Positions 31,366 to 41,680 of a stretch of 64,000 bases of DNA are shown in pieces. The notes beneath the pieces were generated by a model. The model ran no database searches. It was not told the origin of the DNA and saw only the letters and a list, made by a program, of their open reading frames with translations. Numbering within the stretch: position 1 is the first letter of the stretch; each line of letters opens with the position of its first letter. The stretch is taken from contig CAVTTN010000002.1 in NCBI GenBank assembly GCA_963737655.1, forward strand, positions 4,896,001 through 4,960,000, given 5' to 3'. Origin of the DNA: an uncultured Planctomycetota bacterium (lineage in GTDB: Bacteria; Planctomycetota; Planctomycetia; Isosphaerales; Isosphaeraceae). The position numbers and the translations under genes are program-made.

Positions 31366-32239
31366 TCAGGTCCGCTCGTCCTCGCCGGGCTCGACCTCGG
31401 GGGCCGGGCCGGCGAGCCACTGGTTCAGGGCCTCGGGCTCGATCTCGGCCTTGTCGTCTTTCGGGAAGAAATCCCTCCGCTCGCTCGGCCGTCGCAGGCC
31501 CTTCCTCAGGCTGAAGGCCATTCGGATGCAGAAATAAAGGCCGAGGAGGCCCAGGGGGGCGACGTTCCACCACATCGAGCGGGGCGCGGCGGCCTCCTCG
31601 GGATGATGCGTGATCCGGCCGACCAGCAATGGGGCGAAGCGGGCGGCGTCTCGGGCCTTGTAGGCGAGGAGGCGAAGGAACACGCCGTCGAACGACACCG
31701 GCTCGCCCCGGAGCGTCCCGGCCGGGAGGGTCGGCGGGACGTCCTCCACCAGGACGCAGACCGGCGCGTCCCTCTGGTCGGGCACGTTCAACCAGATTTC
31801 ATAATAGCGATGCGAGGGCGTGAGCGTCGGCTCGTCGTCGTGGACCACGGCGAGCTGGGCGTTGCCTTCGAGGTGGATCGTCAGCCCTCGATAGAGCTTC
31901 GGGTGCATGTCGAGGTCATAGGGGGTGACTTCGCGACGGACTTTGGCCGAGAGCTCATCGGGCGAGAGCTTGCGGACCTCCTCGAAGGCGAGCTTCTTGG
32001 CCGGTCGGTCGATCTCGTCGGCCGGGGACTTGTCGCGGAGCCGGGCGAAGGCGGGCCGGTCGTCGGCGGCCGGCAGAGGGGGGATGTTCGCCAGGGCCTG
32101 GGCCTTCTTCGCCCCCGGCGCGGGGCGGGCGTAATACAGGTACAGCGGCCAGCCGATCAGGGCGATCACTCCCAGGACCACCAGGGACCGGGAGCTCCTT
32201 GCCTCGGAACAGGCCGCCTTCCGCCCGCTCGTCCTTCAT
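31366..32239 (-). CDS. Hypothetical membrane protein (two TM, periplasmic domain); frameshift near 32190
   Basis: Follows exbD directly. N- and C-terminal TM helices, G.F.RL.AY...APL.VGR motif. Confidence 0.7.
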
Positions 32240-32240
32240 G

Positions 32241-32741
32241 TCACAGGGCGACCCCCGAGCCGTTGGCGTCGATCTCGCCGAAGCTGATCCTGGTGATCTT
32301 GAGGTTGGAGAAGACGTCGATGACCTTCATCAGCTCCTCGTACTTGAGCTGCGGGTCGGCCTGGATCAAGGCTTGCTCGAACAACGGTTCCTGCCCCTCG
32401 GGCTGGAGGAACTCGGTGAGCTTCGCCTTGAGCTGGTCCATCCCGTTGACCTCGGTCTCCTCCATCGTCACCCGGCCGAGGGTGCCGTTGGGGTTGGCGC
32501 GGAGGACCGTGGTCAGCGTCTTGAGGCTGGCCGGGACGTCGCTATTCTGGGGGGCGTCCTTGGGCGGGTCGGCCGCGGCGTTCATGGCGATGGCCGGGGA
32601 CGCCGGGAGGAGGTTCATGGCGAACTGCCCCTCCATCGGCGCGGGGCGATAGGTCAGGATGAAGAAGGTCAGGAGCTGGAACGCCATGTCGAGCATGGGC
32701 GTGATCTGGACCTCGACCTCCTGGTGCTTCATCTTCTTCAC
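32241..32741 (-). CDS. exbD: ExbD/TolR family protein
   Basis: ITPMLDMAFQLL.FF TM with the conserved Asp, IQAD....Y. Confidence 0.9.
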   Translation of the reverse strand: MKKMKHQEVEVQITPMLDMAFQLLTFFILTYRPAPMEGQFAMNLLPASPAIAMNAAADPPKDAPQNSDVPASLKTLTTVLRANPNGTLGRVTMEETEVNGMDQLKAKLTEFLQPEGQEPLFEQALIQADPQLKYEELMKVIDVFSNLKITRISFGEIDANGSGVAL

Positions 32742-32746
32742 GAGGC

Positions 32747-33217
32747 TCAGCCCTCCGCGTTCATGGCCTTCAGCGAGAACCTTCGGAAGCCTTCGGCCTG
32801 GCAGAGCGTGATCAATCGATAGATCTGCGAGTATTCGGTGTCGCGGTCGCAGCGGATCACGATCACCGTGGGCAGGCCGGTGGCGTCGTCCACCGGCTTC
32901 TTGGCCCGCTTCAGCTCGCCCTTCTTGAGCTCGGCCTGGATCTGGACCTCCTTGCGGGTCCGCTCCGGGTCGAGCTCCTCGCCGTTGAAGAGGAGGTAAC
33001 CGCGCTTGTCGATGTTGAAGGTCAGCCGATCGACCTCAACCTTGCTGTCCTCGGGGGACGAGGCCGACGCGGCGACCGGGAGGCGGACCCTCGCGTCATA
33101 GTCCGCGTTGCCGAAATTGATCACCAGCATGAAGAAGGTGATGAGCTGAAAGACCACGTCGAGCAACGGGGTCAGGTTCGGCTCGGCGCGGATCTCTCCG
33201 GAGACGCTGCCGGACAC
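32747..33217 (-). CDS. exbD: ExbD/TolR family protein
   Basis: NLTPLLDVVFQLITFFM, LP, IR.D....Y. Confidence 0.9.
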   Translation of the reverse strand: MSGSVSGEIRAEPNLTPLLDVVFQLITFFMLVINFGNADYDARVRLPVAASASSPEDSKVEVDRLTFNIDKRGYLLFNGEELDPERTRKEVQIQAELKKGELKRAKKPVDDATGLPTVIVIRCDRDTEYSQIYRLITLCQAEGFRRFSLKAMNAEG

Positions 33218-33303
33218 GGTGGACCTCCCGGACGGGGGATTCTCGGGTCGGACGAACTCGGATGATCATCAGATCGAGGCGACGCCGATCGCCTCGGTTC
33301 GGT

Positions 33304-34188
33304 TCAGGCCCCGGTCTTCGCCGGCTGGCTCTTGGCCGCGGAGTAGAAGGCCCCGATGGTCCGGTCGGCCACCTTCGTCGCCTCCAGGGCGATCTGGGCG
33401 ATCCGGTTGCGGAAGAACGCGTAGAAGAAGATCGCCGGGACCGACAGCGAGACGCCTTCCAGGGTGATGAACAGCGCGGTGGAGATCCCCTTGGCGACCT
33501 CGTCGGGCTTGGGCTGGGAGTTCGCGGCCGTGGCGATCGTCTGGAACGACTCGATCATCCCCCAGATCGTCCCGACCAGCCCGATCATCGGGCCGAGAGT
33601 GCCGATCGTGGCGAGGTAGCTGATCCGCGACTCCATCGTGATGACGACTTCGTTGCTCGTCTCGTTCATCGCCTCCTTCGCCTCGGCCCGGCCGTTGGGA
33701 AGGTTGGCGATGCCGGTCCGGACGACCTTGGCGAGGAACGAATTGTCGTCCCGGCAGACGTCGTACGCCTCCTGGAATTTCTTCTCCTTGATGGCCGCTT
33801 CGAGGCGGTCGATCAGGGCCGGCGGGACGGCCTCGGAGAGCCGGAATTCCATGAACAGGCGGATCACCAGCGCGAGGAAGTAGATCGACAGGCCGAGGAG
33901 GAAGAAGCCGATCGGCCCGGAGGCCTCGATGGCCCAGGTGAGCATGTTCTTGGGGGCCTTCGTGGCCTCCTTGGCCGGGGCGGCGGCCGGCGCCGCGGCG
34001 GGGGCCGGCTCGGCGGCGGCCGGGGCGGCGGCGGCCGGGGGCGCCGCGGCGCCGTCCTTCTTCGGCTCCTGGCCCCGGGTCGAGCCGCCCGGCACGAAGG
34101 CCAGGACGCCGAGCCAGGCCAGGGTCAAGGCCGCCCACGCGGCGCGTCGGCGAAACCGGGTCGCGAACGAGATCGACGGGGTCGGCAT
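33304..34188 (-). CDS. exbB: MotA/TolQ/ExbB proton channel protein
   Basis: L.TI....PMIGL.GT..GMI.SF, GIS.AL..T..G...S.PA, N-terminal Ala/Pro linker. Confidence 0.92.
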   Translation of the reverse strand: MPTPSISFATRFRRRAAWAALTLAWLGVLAFVPGGSTRGQEPKKDGAAAPPAAAAPAAAEPAPAAAPAAAPAKEATKAPKNMLTWAIEASGPIGFFLLGLSIYFLALVIRLFMEFRLSEAVPPALIDRLEAAIKEKKFQEAYDVCRDDNSFLAKVVRTGIANLPNGRAEAKEAMNETSNEVVITMESRISYLATIGTLGPMIGLVGTIWGMIESFQTIATAANSQPKPDEVAKGISTALFITLEGVSLSVPAIFFYAFFRNRIAQIALEATKVADRTIGAFYSAAKSQPAKTGA

Positions 34189-34536
34189 CGGCGGACTCTC
34201 CCTCGGCAATGCGAGCAAGCCGGGTGCGGCGGAGGGCGGACCTGTCTTCCTTCCCAAAAGGGAGCGACGACCCTTCGGTCATCCACGCGCCCGGACTCGC
34301 CGGAATCGTGCGATCGGCCGAAGCCCTCGCCATTCCCGAGCGGGCGCGTTTCCCTTCCGTTCACTTTCCATCATCGGATGCATCCTGTCAATTACTCCGC
34401 GACACTCTCCGTCGAAAACCCCGTCGCGCGTGATGAAACGAGTCGGTCCGATTCCGTATAAGCCAACGGCGGATGCGAGGAATCGAGGTCATCAACCGAG
34501 CATCCGGGTCCCGGTCTCGCGGCCTCGCCCGATTGG

Positions 34537-35813
34537 TCAATTCGCCCGAACTCCGCCGGGACGGGACGCCGGGATCGGCAACGACCGCAGCGCCTGGGCC
34601 TCGGGGACCACCGGCGCCAGGTTCTCGGGCGAACCGGCGATCAAGGTTTTCCACAGGCCCCGGACGTTCGCCGCGCCGGCCGGGACGCGAGCCAGGGGGA
34701 CCGTCCGGTTCTTCTGGACGATCGCGGCGTCCGGCGCGTAATCGCCGCCGAGTCCGCCTCCCAGGATCAATTCTCCCGAGGCGTCCAGGGCGAACGTCAA
34801 GCCGAGGTCCTGATAGTCCACCTCGCCGAATCGGGCGTCGGGCCGCGCGGTCAGGCGGAATCGCATCTCGGCTTCGAGCGACTTGAGCAGTGAAATCCCG
34901 ATCGAGCCGGGCCCGGAGTCAGCGAGCCTCGGACTTCCACCCAGCCCGGCCCCTGCTCTCCGGGCCTCTCGCTCCATTTCGCCGATTCGACGGCGAGCCG
35001 GGCCATCCCGGTCAGCCTCCGCCCGGCGAACCGCTGGCCGACGACCCGCGAGAGGTCCACCGAGGCCAGCTCCCCCCGGAACTCCGATCGCCACTCGGCG
35101 CCGTCCGCCCGATTCAGGGAAAGCTGGCCTTCCACGGTCGCCTTCGGCCCGAGCCATCCCGGGGAGTCGAAGAAAGGTGACAGCAAGCCGGCCGAGACCG
35201 GCCCTTCCATCGTGCGGAATGAGAGCGACGTGATGGCGCCGGACCGCGAGAGGGCCATCTCGCACCGGGAGCGGTTCCCTCCGCCTTCGGGTCGGTAGCT
35301 GGCCGTGAGCGAGGCGCCGTCGCGATCGGTCCCGCAGACGGCGACCACGTCCCGGAAGCGGTATTCGCGGTCGCCCAGGAGCACCGAGCATTCGTCGGCG
35401 GCGAGGCTCACCCGTTCCGGCCCCGACGACCCGAACCGGCCGATCAGGCCGACGGCCTGGCCCAGGCTGGCCGCCGGCCCCTCGCCGCGGATTCGCAGCC
35501 CTTCGGCCCTCATGGACCATTCGCCCGATTCGCGGGAGAGCGTCAGGCGGTCGGCCCGGGCGATCTCCGAGCCCGCCCCTTCGGAGGACTTCAGGGTCAC
35601 GCCGTCGAGGACGTCCACGCCGGGCCTCGGGTGCTCGGCCGAGGCGATCGTCGCGAGGACGCCGAGCCGTCGGCCGATCTCGGCCTCGACCTCCCGGAGA
35701 TGGCCGCCTCCCTGGAGGCGGCGGGCGGTGACGGAGACATAAAGGGTCGGCAGCACGGAGAACGCCAGGAGGGCCAGCGAGGCCACGGCCTGGCGGCGGG
35801 GTCGGGTGAGCAT
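34537..35813 (-). CDS. Hypothetical membrane-anchored beta-rich protein; frameshift at ~34905
   Basis: N-terminal TM (ORF 34851..35813) continuing into the C-terminus of ORF 34537..35817. Directly downstream of aroC. Confidence 0.6.
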
Positions 35814-35841
35814 CCATGCCTCCCGGGCGGACGGTCGAGTT

Positions 35842-37017
35842 CTAACGGTCGGGGGAGTCCGAGGGCGTGTCCCGCCCCCAGGATTCCAGGTGGAGCCGGG
35901 CGGCCTCGTGGACGGCGCGCATGGCCGCTCGGGTCGCTTCCAGGCTCGTCCCGACGTATCTTTCGACCACCGCGGAGGCGATCTCGAACGCCACCACGTT
36001 CTCCACGATCACGCTGGCGGCGGGAACGGCGCAAACGTCAGACCGCTCATAAGCGGCCGGCTGCGGAGCTTTTGTCGTCATGTTCACCGAGGGCCCGCGA
36101 CTGGCCAACGTGCTGATCGGCTTCTTCGCCGCCCGGACCACGATCGGCTCGCCGTTGGTCGTCCCGCCCTCGATCCCTCCGGCGTGGTTCGTCGGCCGGC
36201 GGAAGCCGAACCGGCGGTCCTCGGGATCGTCGCCGCCCTCATAAGCGATCGGGTCCATCACCTTCGAACCGGGCCGACGCGCCGCCTCCACGCCCAGGCC
36301 GATCTCGACCGCCTTGATCGCCTGGACGCTCATCACGGCCAGGGCGAGCCGGGCATCCAGCTTCCGGTCCCACTGGGCATGGCTCCCCAGCCCGATCGGG
36401 CAACCCGTCACGACCGCCTCGACCACCCCGCCCAGCGTGTCGCCATTCTCCTTGGCCGAATCGATGGCGGCGACCATCCGCGCGTCGGCCTCGGGGTCGA
36501 GCGAATAGACCGGGCTGGCGTCCCGGACCGCCGGATCGAGGCTCCGAGGCTCGGCGACGATCCCCCCGATCTCGCGGACGTGGCCGAAGACGGTGATCCC
36601 CAGCTCGCGAAGGAGCAATCGCGACAGGGCCCCGACGGCCACCCGCAAGGCGGTCTCCCGGGCGCTGGCGCGCTCCAGGACTTCGCGGATGCCGGTCCCG
36701 TAATTGATCGCGCCGGCCAGGTCGATGTGACCGCCCCGGGGCGCGGCCGGCTGCTGGAGCCGTTCGAGCTTCGCGTCGTTGTTGACGAGCCGGAGGGTGA
36801 TCGGCGCGCCGGTCGTGACCCCGTGATAGGTGCCCGAATCGACGATCACGCGGTCGGTTTCGAGCGTCTGCCGCTTCCCCCGCCCGTATCCCCCCTGCCT
36901 CCTCTTCAATTCCTCGTTGATGAACTCGAAATCGAGCCGGATTCCCGAGGGGAAGCCCTCGACGATCGCGGTCAGGGCGGGGCCGTGGGATTCTCCGGCC
37001 GTCAGGTAGCGGAGCAT
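35842..37017 (-). CDS. aroC: Chorismate synthase
   Basis: TAGESHG, RRQGGYGRG, ERASARETA, N.AGGIEGG.TNG, ERSD.C.VP. Confidence 0.97.
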   Translation of the reverse strand: MLRYLTAGESHGPALTAIVEGFPSGIRLDFEFINEELKRRQGGYGRGKRQTLETDRVIVDSGTYHGVTTGAPITLRLVNNDAKLERLQQPAAPRGGHIDLAGAINYGTGIREVLERASARETALRVAVGALSRLLLRELGITVFGHVREIGGIVAEPRSLDPAVRDASPVYSLDPEADARMVAAIDSAKENGDTLGGVVEAVVTGCPIGLGSHAQWDRKLDARLALAVMSVQAIKAVEIGLGVEAARRPGSKVMDPIAYEGGDDPEDRRFGFRRPTNHAGGIEGGTTNGEPIVVRAAKKPISTLASRGPSVNMTTKAPQPAAYERSDVCAVPAASVIVENVVAFEIASAVVERYVGTSLEATRAAMRAVHEAARLHLESWGRDTPSDSPDR

Positions 37018-37028
37018 GGCGGTTCACT

Positions 37029-37970
37029 TCACTTCCAGGGGAAGGCTCGGCCCGTCAGGCGTTCATAACATTCGATGTACTTGTCGCGAGTCCGGGCCAC
37101 GATCTCGTCGGGGAGGGGCGGGGGCGGGCTGTTCTTGTCCCACCCCGAGGCGTCCAGCCAGTCGCGGACGAATTGCTTGTCGAACGACGGCTGAGGCCCT
37201 CCCGGACGATACTCGATGGCCGACCAGTACCGCGAGCTGTCGGGCGTGAGCACCTCATCGACCACGATCAGATCGCCGGTCCTTCGATCGCGGCCGAACT
37301 CGAACTTCGTGTCGGCGAGGATCAAGCCTTTCGTGAGGGCGAAGGCCCGGGCCCGTTCGTAGATGGCGAGGCTCCGGTCTTCCAGGGCGCCGGTCAGCTC
37401 CTCACCCAGCTCGCGACGCAGCCGATCGACCGAGACATTCTCATCATGGCCGGATTCGGCCTTGGTGGCGGGCGTGAAGCTCGGCGAGATCGCCGCGCCC
37501 TCGACGAGACCGGCGGGCAGCGGCGATCCGCAGACGGTCCCGTCGCGGCGATATTCCTTCCACGCGCTCCCGGAAAGATACCCCCGGACCACGCATTCGA
37601 ACGGGACCACCTCGGCCTTCCGAACGACCATGACCCGGCCGACGAGGCCCTCCCTCGTCCCGGGATCGAGCCCCAGGCCGGCCTCGTCGATCTCGGTGGA
37701 GATCAGGTGATGGGGGACGTCCAGGAGGCCGAACCAGAAGGCGCTCAGGCCGGTCAGGACGCGCCCCTTGTCCGGGATCGGGGTCGGCAGGACCCAATCG
37801 AAGGCGCTGATCCGATCCGAGGCGACGATCAGCAAGCGATCGCCGCCCAGGTCATAGACATCGCGCACCTTGCCCCGGCGGACGGGAAGGCCCGGCAGGT
37901 TCGATGCGAGGAGGGCCAACGCGGGAGACTCCAGCCGGCCGGGCGGACCGGGACGAGGGCGAATCGACAC
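37029..37970 (-). CDS. purC: SAICAR synthetase
   Basis: GKVRDVY, SDRISAFD, ECVVRGYL.GS, ADTKFEFG, DEVLTPDSSRYW, SFDKQFVRDWL. Confidence 0.97.
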   Translation of the reverse strand: MSIRPRPGPPGRLESPALALLASNLPGLPVRRGKVRDVYDLGGDRLLIVASDRISAFDWVLPTPIPDKGRVLTGLSAFWFGLLDVPHHLISTEIDEAGLGLDPGTREGLVGRVMVVRKAEVVPFECVVRGYLSGSAWKEYRRDGTVCGSPLPAGLVEGAAISPSFTPATKAESGHDENVSVDRLRRELGEELTGALEDRSLAIYERARAFALTKGLILADTKFEFGRDRRTGDLIVVDEVLTPDSSRYWSAIEYRPGGPQPSFDKQFVRDWLDASGWDKNSPPPPLPDEIVARTRDKYIECYERLTGRAFPWK

Positions 37971-37985
37971 CGAGGGCGGCGGGGA

Positions 37986-39116
37986 CTAGGAATCGCGGCC
38001 GACCCGGAAGAGCTTCTTCACGTCCGGCTCCGAGCCGAATTCGATGTAGCGGTAGGAGAGCGCCGAGAGCACGATCATCACCACGAGGAAACCCGCCAGC
38101 TTGGCCGGCCCCGGCGGGGGGCCGGACTCGGGGAAGGCCAGCATGAACGGCTGATGGTGCCAGATGTAGAGCGAATAACACATCAGCCCCGGGATTTGCA
38201 ACGCCGTGCTATTGGCGATCCAGCGGATGATCCCGGGCCCCGAGTATAGCAGGCCGAGCGTGACGAGGGACGCGCCGATGTTAATCAGGTTGTGGTACAA
38301 GGGCTGCGCCCAGACCGGCGATTGGCCGAGCCGCACGGCGTCCCACGCCCAGCAGCCCAGGGTCAGCAGGAAGATCCCGGCGAAGAACCAGACGCGGGGC
38401 CGGGCCGACCGCGTCGGCAGGCCCCGGACGAACACGGCACAGGTGGCCATGCCGAGCACGAAGTCGTCGAGCCGGCCGAAGATGCTGTCCTTGACGTAGT
38501 TGTAGGTGTAGAGCGGGATCAGGAATCGCGGGCTGGTCCCGACGAACCGCGTCGCCAGGCCGATCGCCAGCGCGGCGACGACCACCCGCCGAAGCCCGAA
38601 GCGGCCGATGGCCAGGATCAGGAGGGGGAAGAGCACGCTGAACCAGATCTCGATGCCCAGCGTCCAGAGCACCAGGTTCATCCGCGGGAAGAACGTCCCC
38701 CGGAAGAAGGGAAACGTGCAGGTGCCCATCACCGCATAATACTTCCAGCACGAGAGCGAACCGTAATCCGGCCGGACCACCAGCATGTCGAGGATCAAGG
38801 TCGAGATCGCGTAGAGGGGCAAGAGCCGCCTCATCCGGTGCTTGTAGAAGCCCACGACGTCGCCGAGGCCGGCCATCCGCCGCCGCCCCTGGGCGTAAGG
38901 CAGATACAGCACGAACCCCGAGAGGACGAAGAAGAGGTTGACCCCGATCCAGCCGTTGGCCAGGTAGGTCGCGGGGTGCACCGTGAGGCCGGCGAGCTTG
39001 ATCGCGAGCCAGCCGGGAGGTGTCCAGCGTGCGTAGAAATGGTGATAAACCACCGCGAGGATCGCCGCGCCACGGAGGCCGTTGAGCACGCCGATCCGGC
39101 CCGGGTGGGGAGGCAT
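37986..39116 (-). CDS. Acyltransferase-3 (OafA/YrhL-like) membrane O-acyltransferase
   Basis: LNGLRGAA...V..HH, GV.LFFVLSGF, R..R..P.Y, WTL..E..F, YSLY.WH, SYRYIE. Confidence 0.92.
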   Translation of the reverse strand: MPPHPGRIGVLNGLRGAAILAVVYHHFYARWTPPGWLAIKLAGLTVHPATYLANGWIGVNLFFVLSGFVLYLPYAQGRRRMAGLGDVVGFYKHRMRRLLPLYAISTLILDMLVVRPDYGSLSCWKYYAVMGTCTFPFFRGTFFPRMNLVLWTLGIEIWFSVLFPLLILAIGRFGLRRVVVAALAIGLATRFVGTSPRFLIPLYTYNYVKDSIFGRLDDFVLGMATCAVFVRGLPTRSARPRVWFFAGIFLLTLGCWAWDAVRLGQSPVWAQPLYHNLINIGASLVTLGLLYSGPGIIRWIANSTALQIPGLMCYSLYIWHHQPFMLAFPESGPPPGPAKLAGFLVVMIVLSALSYRYIEFGSEPDVKKLFRVGRDS

Positions 39117-39794
39117 CGACCCGACCGGGTCGGGGGCGACTGGTCGTCGGTCTGGGGCGTCAAGGGCCGGGGCCCATCTCGCGTGGTCGATCAAGGCAGA
39201 CCTCCGGGAACTCGGGCGGAGTCGCAATCCAGCCAGCCAGACTCGCTTAGGAGGCGCCGAAGCGTCCCGCGGCGAGCGGCCGGTGCGGCCGGCGTGATTC
39301 GCAACTTCCACGCCATCCGGAGTCCCGGCGACGTCGCGGCTCATGCACAAACGATCGCGCGACCGCCCCTCCGCCCTGGACCGATTCGCAGGGACGTTTC
39401 ATTTTCCGAGATGTTTCGGTCGGAAATGTTTGGGGTGACAAGGGTTGCGAAAGTACGTATTTCGCGTGATCGAGGGCGGTTCATGTCGGGTCCGCTCCTG
39501 GCGGACCTCTTCGCGACGAAGCGAAATCGAAGAGGTCCGCGAGAGCCGACCCGACATGAACGGCGATTCGATGCGCGAAACCTGAGCTTCCGAAGACGGA
39601 ACCCCCACCACCCCGATGCTTCCGACGAATGTCTTACCGAGAATGAAACGCCCCCCGACCGATTCGGACCGAGGCTTGCATGACCGGGTCGCAGACGCTA
39701 TCATCATCGATCCGATTCGCGGCGTCGGAACTGCGGCCGCGATCCGCCGAGACGTGCCTTGCCCGATTGCGATGGTCGATGGGGGTCTGGTCCG

Positions 39795-39995
39795 ATGTCG
39801 ATGGACAAGAGCTTGAAGAAGGGGGGCGGGTTGGCCCGCGCCCGGAACGTCTTGAAGAGGGCCGAGCGGTTGGCCCTGCTCCAGGAAGACGAGAAGTGGG
39901 CGCCCGAGAAGGGCGTCTTCAACCTGCCCAAGACGAAGTATCGCCGGCTGGCGCCTGGGCAATCCGGCCCGAAGCGTCCAGGCGGCGAGAGTTGA
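39795..39995 (+). CDS. PVC-superphylum small basic protein
   Basis: MSMDKSLK..G.L.R.RNVL.R.ER...L.....W......LPK pattern. Confidence 0.85.
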   Translation: MSMDKSLKKGGGLARARNVLKRAERLALLQEDEKWAPEKGVFNLPKTKYRRLAPGQSGPKRPGGES

Positions 39996-40284
39996 TCAGC
40001 GGTCGGCCGGGAGGTTTCCGAGCTCGGCGGCCATCTCGAAGTCTCGGGGCGTGAGGCCGCCTTCGATGTGCGAGGAGAGCTCGACCCGGACCGCCCGGTA
40101 GCTGAGGATCAGGTCCGGGTGGTGGTCGCAGCGCTCGGCCACCTCGGCGGCCCGGTTCAGGAAGTCGAGGGGCTCGCTTGGTCGTCGAGAATTGCCAGGT
40201 CCGGACCAGCATGTCTCCCAGCCGGTCCCATCCCTTGGCCTCGGGCAGGCGGGCCTGGACCTCCGGTTCACTCAATTTGGTCAT
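39996..40284 (-). CDS. phhB: Pterin-4-alpha-carbinolamine dehydratase; frameshift at ~40170
   Basis: AE..DHHPD, L.SH..GGLT.RD. The N-terminus MTKLSEPEV is in another frame, with one extra base in the run at 40169-40172. Confidence 0.85.
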
Positions 40285-40434
40285 GATCGGTTCGCCCCCT
40301 CGGGGTCTCGGAATCCGCGACGTTCCCCAGGCGGATCGGCCTTGATTATCTCCCGGCGCCTCCCGGCCGGACAAGGGGCCGATCGCCCCCGATCGGGCGA
40401 TTGACGGCCCGTCGTCCTCGGAAAAGGCCCGCGA

Positions 40435-41285
40435 ATGCCCCCCTCGCTGCCCCTGTTCTGCGCGGCGATCGTCGGGTCGAGCCTCCTGGGCGGGGCCCTG
40501 CCCCTGGCCTCGTCGCTGACCCATACGCGCCTGCAAGTCTACCTGAGCTTCGCCGCCGGCGCGATGCTCGGCGCGGCGTTCTTCCACATGCTGCCGGAGG
40601 CCGTCGAGGCGGGTTCGGCGAACTCCCTGCGATGGGCGGCGGGCGGCTTGCTCTCGCTGTTCTTCCTCGAGCGCTTCTTCGCGTTCCACCATCACGAGGC
40701 CCCGGCGATCCCCGGGGAGCCGTGCCCGCCTCACCCCCACGACCACGCCCACGGCGGCGAGGGCCACGCCGCCGGGCTGATCGACGCGAAGGCCCCCGGC
40801 TCGGCCGACCCGGCGACGAAGTCCACGGCCCTGCACTGGGGGATGGCCGCCTTCGGGCTGGCCGTCCACACGCTGGTGGGCGGGATCGCCCTGGCCAGCG
40901 CGGTCGCCTCGGGCAGCCGGGGCGCGGCCTGGGGCGTCTTCCTCGCCACGGTGATCCACAAGCCGGCCGACTCGATGACGATCGTCAGCCTGATGCTCCG
41001 CGCCGGGGTCCCTCGGGCCGGGCCCATGCGGTGAACCTCGGATTCTCGTTGATCTTGCCCGCGGGCGCGGCCGCGTTCGTGCTAGGCCAAGGCTGGTTCT
41101 CGCCCGACGGGGGCCCCTCGACGTTCACCTCCGCCGCCCTGGCGTTCTCGGCCGGGACGTTCCTCTGCATCGCCCTGAGCGACCTCCTCCCCGAGCTCCA
41201 GTTCCACTCTCACGACCGCATCCCCCTCTCCCTGGCCCTCCTCGGCGGGGTCGGCCTGATGGCCCTGGCGGGCGTTTGGGGATGA
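40435..41285 (+). CDS. ZIP family divalent metal transporter; frameshift at ~41018
   Basis: SFAAGAML...F.HMLPEA, His-rich loop, H.L..G, HKP.D, AGTFL.IA..DLLPE. Confidence 0.88.
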
Positions 41286-41328
41286 ATCGGGGAGGGCCGA
41301 TTGCCGAGGGGCCGAGTTCGGCTTGCCG

Positions 41329-41596
41329 GTTTTCGGGGGAATCGGGGAGGGACCAACCGCCAAGACGCCAAGTTCGCCAAGATAGAAGAAGAGAGGAAGA
41401 GAATAGAGGAGAGAGAGCAGACAGAGGAGAGGAAAAAGAAGACAATAACAAATAATGAAATTCTATAATTAAAATATACATTATCAAAAAAATCTTTTAT
41501 TATTCTCGCTTTTTTCACCTCTTCTCCTCCTCTCTTCTTCTATCTTGGCGAACTTGGCGTCTTGGCGGTTGGTCCCTCCCCGATTCCCCCGAAAAC
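41329..41596. repeat. 268-bp palindromic element with 69-bp perfect arms and a 130-bp AT-rich core (family D)
   Basis: Arms 41329-41397 and 41528-41596 are exact reverse complements and contain cgccaag x3. Confidence 0.95.
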
Positions 41597-41680
41597 GGGC
41601 GAATCGTCTCGACGGCCCGGCGGTGATCCTGAGAGAATCGGGGGCGATCGTCGTTCGAGGCTCGGACGGTGGAGGAACCG

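Noticed and set aside
41125..41518. ORFs 41125..41487 and 41210..41518
   Set aside because: Low-complexity translations of the AT-rich palindrome that overlap the ZIP gene.
41398..41527. Replication origin suggested by the AT-rich core
   Set aside because: No DnaA boxes (TTATCCACA-like) seen, and no dnaA, rep or par genes nearby.
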